NCBI RefSeq assembly: GCF_052425735.1
Contig: NC_135761.1
Span: forward strand, 36,208,001-36,272,000
DNA length: 64,000 nt
Source of the DNA: Oculina patagonica
Lineage: Eukaryota
Reading direction: 5' to 3'
Shown here: positions 26,101-37,289 of the stretch, piece after piece
Position numbering within the stretch: position 1 is the stretch's first letter
Layout of the letters: each line of letters opens with the position of its first letter
Made by a program: the position numbers and the translations under genes
Notes under the pieces: model-generated
Seen by the model: only the letters and a program-made list of their open reading frames with translations
Told to the model about the DNA's origin: nothing
Databases searched by the model: none

Positions 26101-28084
26101 GTGTTCTACAGTCACAAGCGTTTGTTCATGTAATCCAATCTTGTTCACAAGAAAGCCACGCTGCTGTGATGATAATGCAGCACGTTCTGCAAACGCTGAA
26201 AATTGAACACCCAGAGGTAACCCAGGCATTCTTCCGCCAAGATAATGCCGGGTGTTACCACTGCTCCAACACAGTCTCGTCTCTAGCACAAATGGAAAGG
26301 GTGGTTGGCATCAAAGTTATAGGCGTGGATTTCAGCGATCCTCAGGGTGGCAAGGGGCCAGCTGACAGGCTTGCTGCCACCTGCAAATGCCACATCAGAA
26401 TTCATATTAACGAGGGTCACAATGTAACAACCGCACAAGAAATGAAAGAAGCTTTGCTCTCACATGGAGGAATTGCAGGCGTAAGAGTAGCTGTAATACC
26501 TTGTATAGAGGAGCCCTCGGTGCTGGAGCAGAAGATACCTGGGATAAACAAGCTTAACAATTTTGCATTCACTGACGATGGGCTCCTGGTCTATCGCGCT
26601 TACGGCATTGGGCCAGGCAAAAGCCTCAGTTTGCACACCGACTCAGGTAAATGGTTTACATAGTTCGTATTATTATTTAAAGAACAAGGACGGCAGCAAT
26701 CATTTTACATTTAATCTGTAACAAATTAGATACACATTTACGGCACTGTGGACAGTCGTTTTTCACCCTTGTGTAAACACGTGTTCTTACGCGGGGACTG
26801 CGCAAGAAAAATTTGAGTGGGGGGGGGGGTGGCTGAAAGTCGAACCCTGGAGTGACTCAACTTAGGGGGGTCGGTAGGAGGACAGGGGCATGCTCCCCCG
26901 GAAAAAAAATAAAAAAATAACGCTACTCACTGACCTTCAGGGTCAGCATTAACTTTTTTTTTTAATGTTAGTAACTGCCGTTACTTTCGTCCTTTACAAA
27001 CTAAATCAATAATATGGCTTCCAGAAACAAAATATTTTCAGTGATTTTTCGTTTGTTTTTTATTCATTATATTTTTTTCTGTTACTGTAAAAAAGTGGGG
27101 GGGGGGGGGGCTAAAGCCCCCTGGCCCCTCCCTTTGAACGGTCCCTGTTACGTTTGCTGTTCTTTGTTGACAGGCGCTGTTACATCCATCTCCACTCCAT
27201 TTTCTGCTGGTGACTTCAAAGAAGTGGCGCAGAAGCCAGTTAATACGCAAACCCATTGCTCTACATCTGAGGCGGCCGAAAATGTCCAGGAGTCAGATTC
27301 AGAAGGATCTGGAGAAGCTGCTGTGTTTTCCTGCCCGCAAGAGGGGTGTGTTCGCGTTTTTCAGCGACTTTCCTCGCTTGAAAAACATCTTTCACTTGAA
27401 TCTTGCACCAAAACACTGGAGAGACAGTCTTTATCAGACATCGCTAAGATAACGTATGCCTCTCTGCTGCAAGAAGGCGCGGCACCGATTCCAAGTACGT
27501 GTCCCACGTCTACTGAACACCGCGTTGTTTCCTCGTTTATTCTTTCAGAAGGTTGGGCCCTTAGAGCCCCAAAAAAATCCTACAGATTTAATACAAAACA
27601 GAAGGAATATTTGGAGGCCAAGTTCAATGTTGGTCAAGTTACTGGAAGAAAAGTGAATCCCGATGTTGTCGTTAAAGACATGCGACGCGCAAGAGACGAG
27701 GGCGGAGAGAAACTTTTTTCTAGTTCCGAATTCCTAACGGTCCAACAAGTCACTTCGTTCTTTTCCCGTCTTGCTGCAAAAAGGCGACAGCAATTAGCCA
27801 CTGAAGAAGACGTATGTGCAGCAACAGAAGAGGAAAACTTTTGTACGGCAAGAGAATCTGTTCTGTCGTCCTTAGATCTGCAACATCCGATAACATATGA
27901 CCAATTCAACATTTGTGCATTGGTCCGGGAGAGCAAGCTCAATAAGTTAAAAGTTGCTATGCTTCAAGTAATTTGCGAAGCTCTCAATTTGGAAACACCT
28001 GTACCAGCCGTCAAGAGAAAAGCTCCTTACACAGCTTTGCTGGTTGATGCCGTAAGCAAGTGTTCCTGTAGCGACACTGGTTGA
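23125..28084 (+). CDS. Sola3-type DDD transposase, 6 exons (23125-23311, 23422-23637, 23900-24036, 24176-25219, 25653-26646, 27174-28084), 1,162 aa
   Basis: All five introns are GT-AG with matching phases (1,1,0,0,1). The spliced length is 3,489 nt with no internal stop. Catalytic-type motifs VSDWAMK, RQDNAGCYH and GKGPADR are in exon 5. There is an N-terminal Cys/His cluster (ICPRH...ICKRC) and a C-terminal zinc finger (CPQEGC...H). Confidence 0.85.
26792..27147. mobile_element. Small non-autonomous element (MITE) inside intron 5 of the Sola3 transposase
   Basis: Imperfect TIRs CGGGGACTG...CGGTCCCTG, internal G-runs, flanked by the 5-bp direct repeat TTACG (26787-26791, 27148-27152). Confidence 0.6.
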
Positions 28085-29172
28085 GTTGACGTCATCCATG
28101 TCATGATTGTTATCATAATAGTCGTCCCTAGAAATTAACTGTTTTGTTGTGTTATATGACACTGTGTCATCTGACAAGATTTAGTAGAATACGTATTTTC
28201 ATATTATGAGGCCCGAAGTATTACTTTTTCAAACCTATTTTATACCCCACCTGTTTCTCCACTGATCTGCCTATTTTTATGCCTTTTTTATCGAGAAGGT
28301 GGTGGTAAGAGTGGAGGGTGATCGAATTTTGTATGAATTTTACCAACTGGTGCACCCTCTCATTGGGAGATTAAAATGTAATTTAGATTCCATTCGCTTT
28401 GCCCCGCCGCACCTCCCCTGAGGGAAGTTTGTAGGGTGATCAGACGCAAGGGAAATTACCGTGACTGGGGCTGTGTCACGTAATTGCATTCCGTGAGTTT
28501 GCGCGCGAACAAACGGTTGGTAACAATATCACACACCAGGTGCTGTTTATAGAAATGTTATATAGTGCAGAATCGTTTCACTTGTTAAAACGTCGAGTTT
28601 GGAGACATTTCTGCCGCCCAGTTGATCATTTCTAGCGGTTGTTTAGTTTGGTTGGTTAGGAACATTGTAGACATTTATGTAAGTATATTGTGTGTACATT
28701 TAAGAAGTAATATTTATAATTTATGATCACAAACAAGCCGCAGTTTCGTTACTATTTATGTTAACACCGAGGTTATCTTTGCATTTATCGTGATGGTTAA
28801 TTCAGTTATTTTTAAACAGCAAAGGTTCAGGACGAGACAAATGCAAATATTAGCCGTCACGAAACTGGAAGTTTTAAATTCGTTTGAGTCACGTCCAGTA
28901 GGGTCAGCAATGTTCAAATAAATACGTTCCCCCTTAAAGAAAATAATGTTAAACATTAATAGATTTAAGCACATAAAAGGTGATTTTAACATCACACAAC
29001 CGTAGTTTTGCACAATAAGACAACCTGAACTATCATTGAAGGGACGCAAATGTTTACTTTTCTCTTTTCCTTCTGTAAACACGCCGACGGTTTGATTTAT
29101 TCCCGGGTAGTTTTTCTGTGATTTAATTAAGATAAAGAAATACTTACGCTCCCATCATTAAGGACTTTATAC

Positions 29173-30064
29173 CATGAACATGTTTTAAGTAAATTGGGTC
29201 GGATTATGTTTTATTTTGTTCTATCTATGAGAAGCGTGATTTGCCTTTAATTTAATTTATACCACGCCGTTCACATCCAGACAGAATGTCGAGACCGAAA
29301 CGTACATCTTCTTAATTACTAATCCCGCAACGAAAGCTGTTCTTTCATACTAGGGCAACTACCAAGACCGATGCACACTGAATTTTAAAACCTGTTTAAA
29401 CGTTCAAGTTCTTTCGTGGCATTAATCGGGATCTTTACGGTACAAAAGCCGCTAGGAAGAATTATATTTCGGGACAAATTCACAAATAGTTACTATAAAT
29501 AGAGAGAGTCAGAGCGAAAATAGCCTTTATGGTTAATTCTCTCAGCGGAACAGTTTTTACGGGCTACCAGTAATATTTTTCAGACAGAGCGAAGAAAGGT
29601 TTAGCTTCAATTTGGTGTTGTTTTTTAACTCCAAAACAATATACCAGACCGCATTTGACAATCTTGAAGTTAGCTAATATTCGCCCTGTCGTTTATGTTC
29701 TAGAAATGGGTCGGTTGTCGAAGATCGTAACTTTTCTTAAACGTGATATTTTCAAACAAAATATATCTGAAAATAAACTTCAAGAGATACCTAAACAGCT
29801 GTGTAAAGGGTATACTGAGTAGTTGTTTGGTATGTATACACGAGTGTCGTGAAAACACCTTAAATTTCATCCAAAATGGTCGCCACGGTGGATGTGCTTT
29901 TCGAATTTTTAACTTTTCTTAATTTTAAAAAAAGTTAAAGGAAACTGAACCGTTTAATGTCATTTTCGAAAATAGTTTACTAAAAGGTTTATTTGGGGCA
30001 AATAAAAATAAAATTGAAATTCCCTTTCTGTCGGACGATTCTCTAAAAATTCAGAATCTGTCTC
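29173..30064 (-). repeat. Right terminal inverted repeat of the Sola3 element
   Basis: Reverse complement of 21587-22478. Confidence 0.95.
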
Positions 30065-31759
30065 TTAATTGTGCTAGCTTTCCAGGTAGTTTCCGCTTCT
30101 TTCAAAACACTAATTTCTGAAGGTATTATTGCAGAAAGTTTAGGTTGGTGTTTCCTTTCATTTTCTTTTAACAGTTCCCCTATTACCTTCTGTGTGCAGA
30201 GTGTTAAGACCGGTGTTTGATTAACGGTTATGTGGTTAGGACCAACTACCCTTTGCAGTCATCTGTAAGCTTTCCACTGGTCTGAGTACACCAAAGAACT
30301 TAATTGCACTTTTCTGTGAATAGGTAGCTGTATTTCACCTTCTCACAAGCTGTACATAAGGTCTAGCAGGTAAATACTACATGTTAAATACCCAAGAACC
30401 CACTTTTTTGTTTTCTTTTTAAGGTTGATGTCCCCTATGGTACTAAAGAATACAAACAAAAGTTAACGATGAAAAAAGAATTCCATACTCATATTTTAAT
30501 GGTCAGGTGAATTCGTTCCTGTTAAACAAATGTTCAACAGTGACTAGATTATCGCAAGGCTGCGGTAATCTTGACAGATGTTTTGAAAGTTGTGGAACAC
30601 CTTTTAAACGAAACTATTGTAAGGAAGTTTTAAGAAAGTTATTTACTAGGATTATGTTGTCAAATGGACCACCCTACATTTGAACATGAATAGGATCATG
30701 GGAGCGAATCTTTGTGATTTCCTCTATCACCAATGTATCTTGCAAAGTTGCTTCTGGTTTGAAAATTAGTTTTTGCTCAGATTGGAAGAGGCAGGTTTTA
30801 CAAGGCTTCAGTGGTCATTGTGACTTTTCTCCCAACGAAAACTCATTGTCCCATTTATGGTAATTATATTCCTGCTCATGTATTGCAGGGCTGGATGCTG
30901 GCCCATTAAGGCAACAGAGCTTTTTAAATATTTTTTCAATTTTTTTAGGATTGCCTTTTTGATTTTTTATATTAAAACATAATATATACAAATGTACAAA
31001 ACATGCAGTATTGTAGTATTGGAAGAAGAGGGCCATGATGTTATCCCAATTTCGACATCTTTGCCTGGAAGATCAGGTTTAAAAAATGATTTGATTAAGT
31101 ATGCAACGCCTAATTTGCGACCAAAGGCGATTTTTGATTTGTTTTTAAAAATCATTGCTTCATTACAATTTGCCCTCGTCTTTTCAACATGTTTAGGTCA
31201 CACCCATATTTTTGTCTTCTATTACTGCAGCATATGCTTTAATTTTAGTCGCTCATAGGTCCACTTGATAGGCCCCATGTAATGACATGTTCGCATTATT
31301 ACATTGCCCCTGACCATCATGGATCACCTCTGCTTGGTTCATTTGAGGTCCACTGTTATGCACAAAGGAACAGAAAACGAATCCTTTCTTGTCATGCCAT
31401 CTTCACAACAAATGTGATTAACTTATCTTTTGAATTTGAAATTCTTCAATGCTCAAGATACAAGCAAAATGAGCTGCTACAATAGAGTCTGCAAAATTAC
31501 TTGCACAATGGGAGAATTTCAAGTTTGAAATGGCGGAGATGACATTTTTTGAGAAGCTCATCGCACTGATGTTTAAAACCTTTTGAATCCATTTGCCTTT
31601 TTGTTTCTATGATCTTTGAGGTGGAATTCACATGTCTTGATCCTGGATTTAACAGCTTCGCTTTAAACGGAGCACAGTCCAGTAGATTCTTAAACCAGAG
31701 TAAACAGTGAAATATGATGTTAAAGTTATGTCAACATGGTGGATCGTTAGGTGACAAAA

Positions 31760-32350
31760 GGATTATTATCTATGCCTTCATTGCCACCAGCACCACTAAC
31801 ACCACCCTCATCTATGACAGTCAACTGCAAGTCTCGTTGTAATGACAGCAGTAGTTGTGGGTTACTCTTGTTCACATATGAGTAAACGTTGATAAGCTGG
31901 TTCAGTGACCACCTGTACTGGCTGAACCAACAGTTCTTGTCCCTTTGGTCAGGTCTTTTTGCATTCAATGTACTGTATGTGCGTGGGAGTAGGTAAGGCG
32001 TAAATCTACAGTTGCTTCTTTTCTCTACTTTGTTGATCAATTTATATGTACTTCATAGTCACCTTGAATTATGCCAACTAGTAGGAGCCTTCCAAAAAGG
32101 TACCTGACTTGATAGGTATTTTCAATATGTCCAATTTTATTGGCCATGTTGAATACGAGGTCTTGTTCTTGTTGAAGGGATTTCTTCCATCTGTAGATGT
32201 CTGCAGCAGAACTGTTGACGAACCCTGATAGGGTTCACAGTGAAGATTGTTGAGAATCACCCATAACTTCAATCTGATTGAGATCTCTTGCTGACTGCAC
32301 CACTTGGGCAAGTGATGCAGTGCTATAAATTCAACCAAAAGTGGGCCTGA
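31760..32350 (-). pseudogene. CACTA/EnSpm transposase fragment
   Basis: LQTSTDGRNPFNKNKTSYSTWPIKLDILKIP followed by LLVGIIQG matches the Transposase_21-like TDG.NPF...YS.WP motif. Confidence 0.65.
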
Positions 32351-33214
32351 GTAGAAAATAAACAAAATACTTTCTAGTAATGCCCTTACTAAAAAATTGG
32401 TTAGAGCAATATTTAGGGATTTTGTCTAGAAAATTGTACGGGACAGGAAACTGCAGCTGAAACTTTCAATAGTTTGATTTGTTAAGTAAATATAGCCACC
32501 ATATCACTTCAAGTTCACATGTAGCAATTTCCTCATCTTGTTCATGGGAATAGACATTCTGGACACCCTGCTTGTTAATTATTAGAGACCTGTTAAGCAG
32601 GTCTCTAATAATTAACAATTATTCACCGAAGTGGAGGTGAATAGTACTTTGCTAATCACCTCCGAGTTAACCAATCAGCGCGCGCTAAAAGCACTTTTCA
32701 CTTGGGTGGTATATACTAACATTGTCTGTTCCCTGAGCGGTTGTAATGCTGCCACAATAACAATCGCTTACAAAGTGGCTCACTTTGATCAAAAAGAATG
32801 TTCCCATAAGAAGTGAATTCTTTTCCTTTAAAGCCCCTCTAAAAGTGTAGCATCTAGTGACCTTTGCGCTTAAAGCACCTTTGCAGTTAACTTTGGTGTT
32901 GGCAAACGCGATATAGCTGGCTGTGTATATTTTGGTCTTAACAAATTTGTGTAATAAGTTTTTTGTAGATAGTTTCCAATACAATTAAGATGATATATAT
33001 CGATATAGTCTCAATCACGATTTTTTTTAGAATGAAAGTAATAAACTTTGGGTGCGGTAATCAAATAGTTCTCTTTTGTTCAATAGTCAATGTTGTTGGA
33101 ATTTGTGCTTCTGGCCATATTTTCATTTTTTTTGCCAGCCAATATGCAATTTATAGCTTACACAAACTTGTCTAATACTTTTCGCGCCAACATTACGGTT
33201 GCTTATTACTTTAC

Positions 33215-35000
33215 CTGGTCAAGGATTCTTCTCTGTGTTGTAAAGTACTGGCAGAGAGCAATGGCTTGTTTAAGTGTTGTTATGGTGATCACACCAGGCG
33301 GTGGGGTGAGGTCCTCTCCTCTTAGTGCCTTTTTCAATTGGTCGTAAAATACATGCAAGACAGCTGTAAGTCTGAGGACGTGTCTGTCGTCCTTTGAAAC
33401 GTCGTCATTGCACAGGTTCCGTTGCCATTGACTATTGAGAGATTCAGCGATTGCATCAATAAATCCCTCTCATGCTGCATTTGCCACGCCGTCAAGTGCA
33501 TATGAAGCAGGTCCATTCTCAGAGTGTGAGAATCCATATATGGAAGAGTAAACGGCCCTGAAATACAGAACATTGATTTCAGATTTGTACTTTACACACT
33601 TCGATATAAGGATAGGTCCCCTCACATTTAAAAAAAAAACATTCGCTTGTACAAGGTACTTACATTGGACATTTTTTCAATACATTTCAAGTATAACGAG
33701 TCGAGAGAAAGAACTTTCATTCCTTTGCATATAAGAAAGCCCAATTGTGTAGTCTGAGCTCGCCCACAAAGAAATGGTAACCCCTTCGGAGCATTTATAG
33801 TAGACAAATTCTTCTCCAGATAAGTTAAAATCCTCTTTTAATTATCTGTTTTTAGTTTACCCCCCCCCCACCTGAAAGAACCCTACTCTTTTGTATAAAA
33901 AGAAAGCCTTACAGGCAGAGCTCTCCGTTTAGTTTATTATGGAGTACCTATAGTGCCTAAGGGGGGGGGGGGACATTTTTTAAGTGATTCACTGACTATT
34001 GCAACGTTTCCCAAGATTTTCTTACAGCAAGGCGCCCAAAAGTGTGACCACTTTTAATTTATTCACATTCTTTCGTGCAGATTTAATCCAATCAGAAGTC
34101 AAATGAAAGCTGTTCCCGGCTTCTGATTGGATTATAACTGGACGGAAGAATGTGAATAAATTAAAAGTGGTCACACTTTTGGGCGCCTTGCTGTAATTAT
34201 ATAAATTGCATAGTATACATTTATAGCAAAATAAAAATACTGTTATAGACATGCTTTTTTACTGTTCTGAAATTCTTAGCAAATAAAAAAACAATAAAAT
34301 AATGTGCCTCCACTTTTTGATAATTTAGAAAATAAAGTAAATTTTAGTCTTGCTTAATGCGAAATAATTGTGAATCTCAAGCCGGTTTTGAACCTATAAT
34401 TTACCTTAAATCCTTGACCTCAGAAGCGTTCAATCTTGTTATGAATTCGCGTGTCTGGTTAGCAGTTAACCGGTGTGGCATTGGTTGGTACATTAAGAGC
34501 CGGTCCACAGCACCATCCCGTCGTTCTTTTAGCTTCATGTAAATCGGGAAGAACCTGTTCGGTTGGCTGTAGCCACTGAGAGAGGCTCCCGGGCAATCGA
34601 TAACGCGGCGAGCATCTTTGCTAGTACCACTTGTGTAGACCCACGTACTCCCATCATAGAGCTGGATCAGACGCTCGACGTCAATCTTGCTTTTCTCTCT
34701 AGAGGCTCCCAATAACTGGTCGAACAGCTGAGACACTTCTTCTTTTCCAATGATAGCCTTATGTCCCGGTGCTGTACTCAGCTGGCGAAATAAACCTGCT
34801 TCGGTGAATTCGTCCACAAAAAGGGCTTGCTGTTGCTTGGTCTCTACATGTAGCCTGATTGGCTTAGCGCACCCGTGTTGAAAAGCTGGCGATTTACCCG
34901 CACCAGGGTCACATAAGACAGATAATGAAAAGATTCACGGCTTCTCCTTGAAGTCGGCATTTAACTGAAATTGTCGATGGCCCCATCAGACAAGCAACAC
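33215..35000 (-). pseudogene. Spliced DUF3987-like P-loop NTPase gene, inactivated (exons ~35000-34405 and 33557-33215)
   Basis: Walker A DPGAGKS is in frame with DEFTEAGL, EEVSQLF, LIQLYDG, SGYSQP and DGAVDRLL. The GT-AG intron keeps the frame (KDLR|AVYS). In-frame TGA at 33472-33470 and upstream frameshifts. Confidence 0.7.
34025..34193. mobile_element. Near-fully palindromic Tc1/mariner-type MITE in the DUF3987-like gene intron
   Basis: TA|CAGCAAGGCGCCCAAAAGTGTGACC...GGTCACACTTTTGGGCGCCTTGCTG|TA. Confidence 0.88.
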
Positions 35001-35351
35001 TCGGTAAGACACTCGCTAGCAAAATATCTCTTGTGTTGTTTGCTTTGGCGTAGGTTTCCATCCATTCCGTGTGTTGTACCTTTATTACTTAGATATATGA
35101 GAAAAATAATAAGGTCCTTGTTTACTCTGAAATCGTGCAACTGTTGTCAAAAAACACATCAGTAATGCTCAAAAAATATATTTGATAGTTAATAACAAGT
35201 AAGCCAACCTTAATTGTTTAAAACGAAATATGGAAATAAACAAAAAAATATATAGCGGGCGGGAAGGAGGGTTATTAAAAAAAGGAGCAGCTACTCGGCA
35301 TATATAATTTACAAGGGGCTTGACGCATTAACTAGGAAACTATTTATCCAT

Positions 35352-35518
35352 TAGGGCCGTACGTAGCGGGGGGGGGGGGGGGGGGCAGTTGCCCTCGACT
35401 GGAAAACTAAAAAACTAAGAAAACTAAAGAAAAACAAGAAAAACGGAACTAAAAAAAAAAAGTTGACGCCGCCAGGAAAAGTTGCCCCCGCAGACAAAAC
35501 ATCCTAGGCATGGTCCTG
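35352..35518. mobile_element. Small G-run MITE
   Basis: TAGGGCCGTAC...GCATGGTCCTG ends; near-duplicated flanks TCCAT/GCCAT; same design as the MITE in the Sola3 intron. Confidence 0.45.
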
Positions 35519-35687
35519 GCCATAGCTTGTGTCAGTTTATGATTAATATTTTTCTAATGTCTAAGTGTTTACAACGAATCCAAAGTAGCTTTATTTGTAT
35601 GAACATAAATAATCGGAAAAAATAATCATAATATGAACATAAATAATCGGAATCATGTAATAAAAAGAAAAACGAAATAGTAATTAA

Positions 35688-36536
35688 GGAGGCTCGATGT
35701 AGTTTTTTTAGACTAAGGGTGGTTGTTTTGAAAATTAAAATTACCTAGGAAGCCAATGTTCGATTTTTGCCAAAATACACCATAATGATCAAATGTGACC
35801 AAATTTTAATTTTTTACCCGTCACTTAGTCACAACGGTTACCATAGCAACGATTGACGTTTTCTTTTGTTCTCAAACAAGCTTGATTTTCTTGAAATCTA
35901 GACTGACACTTGGTGTTTATTTTTTGATATGTTAAAGTTTAGTAGATTGATTAACTGTTGACGAAATTTTAGAAAAATCTGTAAGAGCGTTTTCAAGTAA
36001 ATCAAGAATGAAATTTTCAGAAAAACACCGTTTTAATATAAAATAGGCGCCTTAAAATTGTTTCGTATTATTTGAGCACAGTTTCTCTCACTGAAAAACA
36101 AATACTTACACCACTGAAATACCATTAACTAAAAGCGAAAGACTTTTTGCTTTAATTTGTTAAAATATATCGACTGCCGATTGTAAGAAATTATAAGAAA
36201 ATACCAAAAACTTCATTCTTGATTTACTCTAAAACGCTCTTACAGATTTTCCTAAAATTTTGAGCAAAGGTAGTAAATCTACTGTACTTGAACATATCAA
36301 AAAATGAATACCAAGTGTCAGTCTAGATTTCGAGAAAACCAAGCTTGTTTGAGAACAAAAGAAAACGTCAATGGTTGCTATGGTAACCTTTGTGACAAAG
36401 TGACGAGTAAAAAATTAAAATTTGGTCATATTTGATCATTATGGTGTATTTTGGCAAAAATCGAACATTGGCTTCCTAAATAATTTTAATTTTCAAAACA
36501 ACCACCCTTCGGCTAAAAAAACTACATCGAGCCTCC
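35688..36536. mobile_element. TTAA-targeting non-autonomous DNA transposon with ~330-bp TIRs
   Basis: TTAA|GGAGGCTCGATGTAG...CTACATCGAGCCTCC|TTAA. Confidence 0.88.
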
Positions 36537-36564
36537 TTAAGGTACATCAGTTCGATTTGATATC

Positions 36565-37170
36565 AGTTTATTCCTCTGTGCTCACTGTTCCTCTGTGCAT
36601 TCTCTGTGTCCACTGTTCCTCTGTGCCTACTTTTTCTCTGGGTCCATTGTTCCTCTGTTCCTCTGTGCCCACTGTTAATCTGTGCCCTCTGTTCCTCTGT
36701 GCCCACTGTTCCTCTGTGTCCAGTGATCCTCTGTGTACACTGTTCCTCTGTGTACACTGTTCTTCTGTGCCCACTGTTCCTCTGTGCCCACTGTTCCTCT
36801 GTGCCCACTGTTCCTCTGTGTCCAGTGTTCCTCTGTGTACACTGTTCCTCTGTGTACACTGTTCCTCTGTGTCCACTGTTCCTCTGTGCCCACTGTTCCT
36901 CTGTGCCCACTGTTCCTCTGTGTCCAGTGTTCCTCTGTGTACACTGTTCCTCTGTGCCCACTGTTCCTCTGTGTCCAGTGTTCCTCTGTGTACACTGTTC
37001 CTCTGTGCCCACTGTTCCTCTGTGCCCACTGTTCCTCTGTGTCTAGTGTTCCTCTGCGTACACTGTTCCTCTGTTTACACTGTTCCTCTGTGTACACTGT
37101 TCCTCTGTGCCCACTGTTCCTCTGTGTCTAGTGTTCCTTTGCGTACACTGTTCCTCTGTGTACACTGTTC
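36565..37170. repeat. 17-bp minisatellite (CACTGTTCCTCTGTGCC and variants), ~35 copies
   Basis: Directly visible tandem array; explains the overlapping repetitive ORFs. Confidence 0.95.
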
Positions 37171-37289
37171 AAAGTACATCCTTTATCATCACTTCACGGC
37201 AACAAAACGTTCAATAATTGGCAACCATCTTTCTCGCTTACTTCTGTTGGTTTCAAAACGTTGATGCCAAGTTGACTTCTAATGCTCAT

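Larger units (their letters stand above)
21587..30064 (+). mobile_element. Full-length, probably autonomous Sola3-type DNA transposon (8,478 bp)
   Basis: TTAA at 21583-21586 and 30065-30068 flanks termini GAGACAGATTCTGA...TCAGAATCTGTCTC. TIRs are ~892 bp and enclose a spliced transposase ORF. TTAA target, GAG/CTC termini and very long TIRs are the described hallmarks of Sola3. Confidence 0.88.

Noticed and set aside
27014-27173. N-terminus of the 356-aa ORF as a separate gene start
   Set aside because: It lies in intron 5 and the MITE; the coding part starts at the acceptor at 27174.
21587-30064. piggyBac, Kolobok or Polinton classification of the large TTAA element
   Set aside because: No CCC termini or piggyBac motifs, TIRs far longer than is usual for Kolobok, and no pPolB, integrase or capsid ORFs. 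Sola3 fits better.
33470-33472. In-frame TGA as selenocysteine or readthrough (also 42141-42143)
   Set aside because: Both genes carry other lesions and no SECIS was recognised; simple decay is more likely.
36422-37264. Long Cys-rich ORFs on both strands
   Set aside because: They are translations of the 17-bp minisatellite; there is no independent coding signal.
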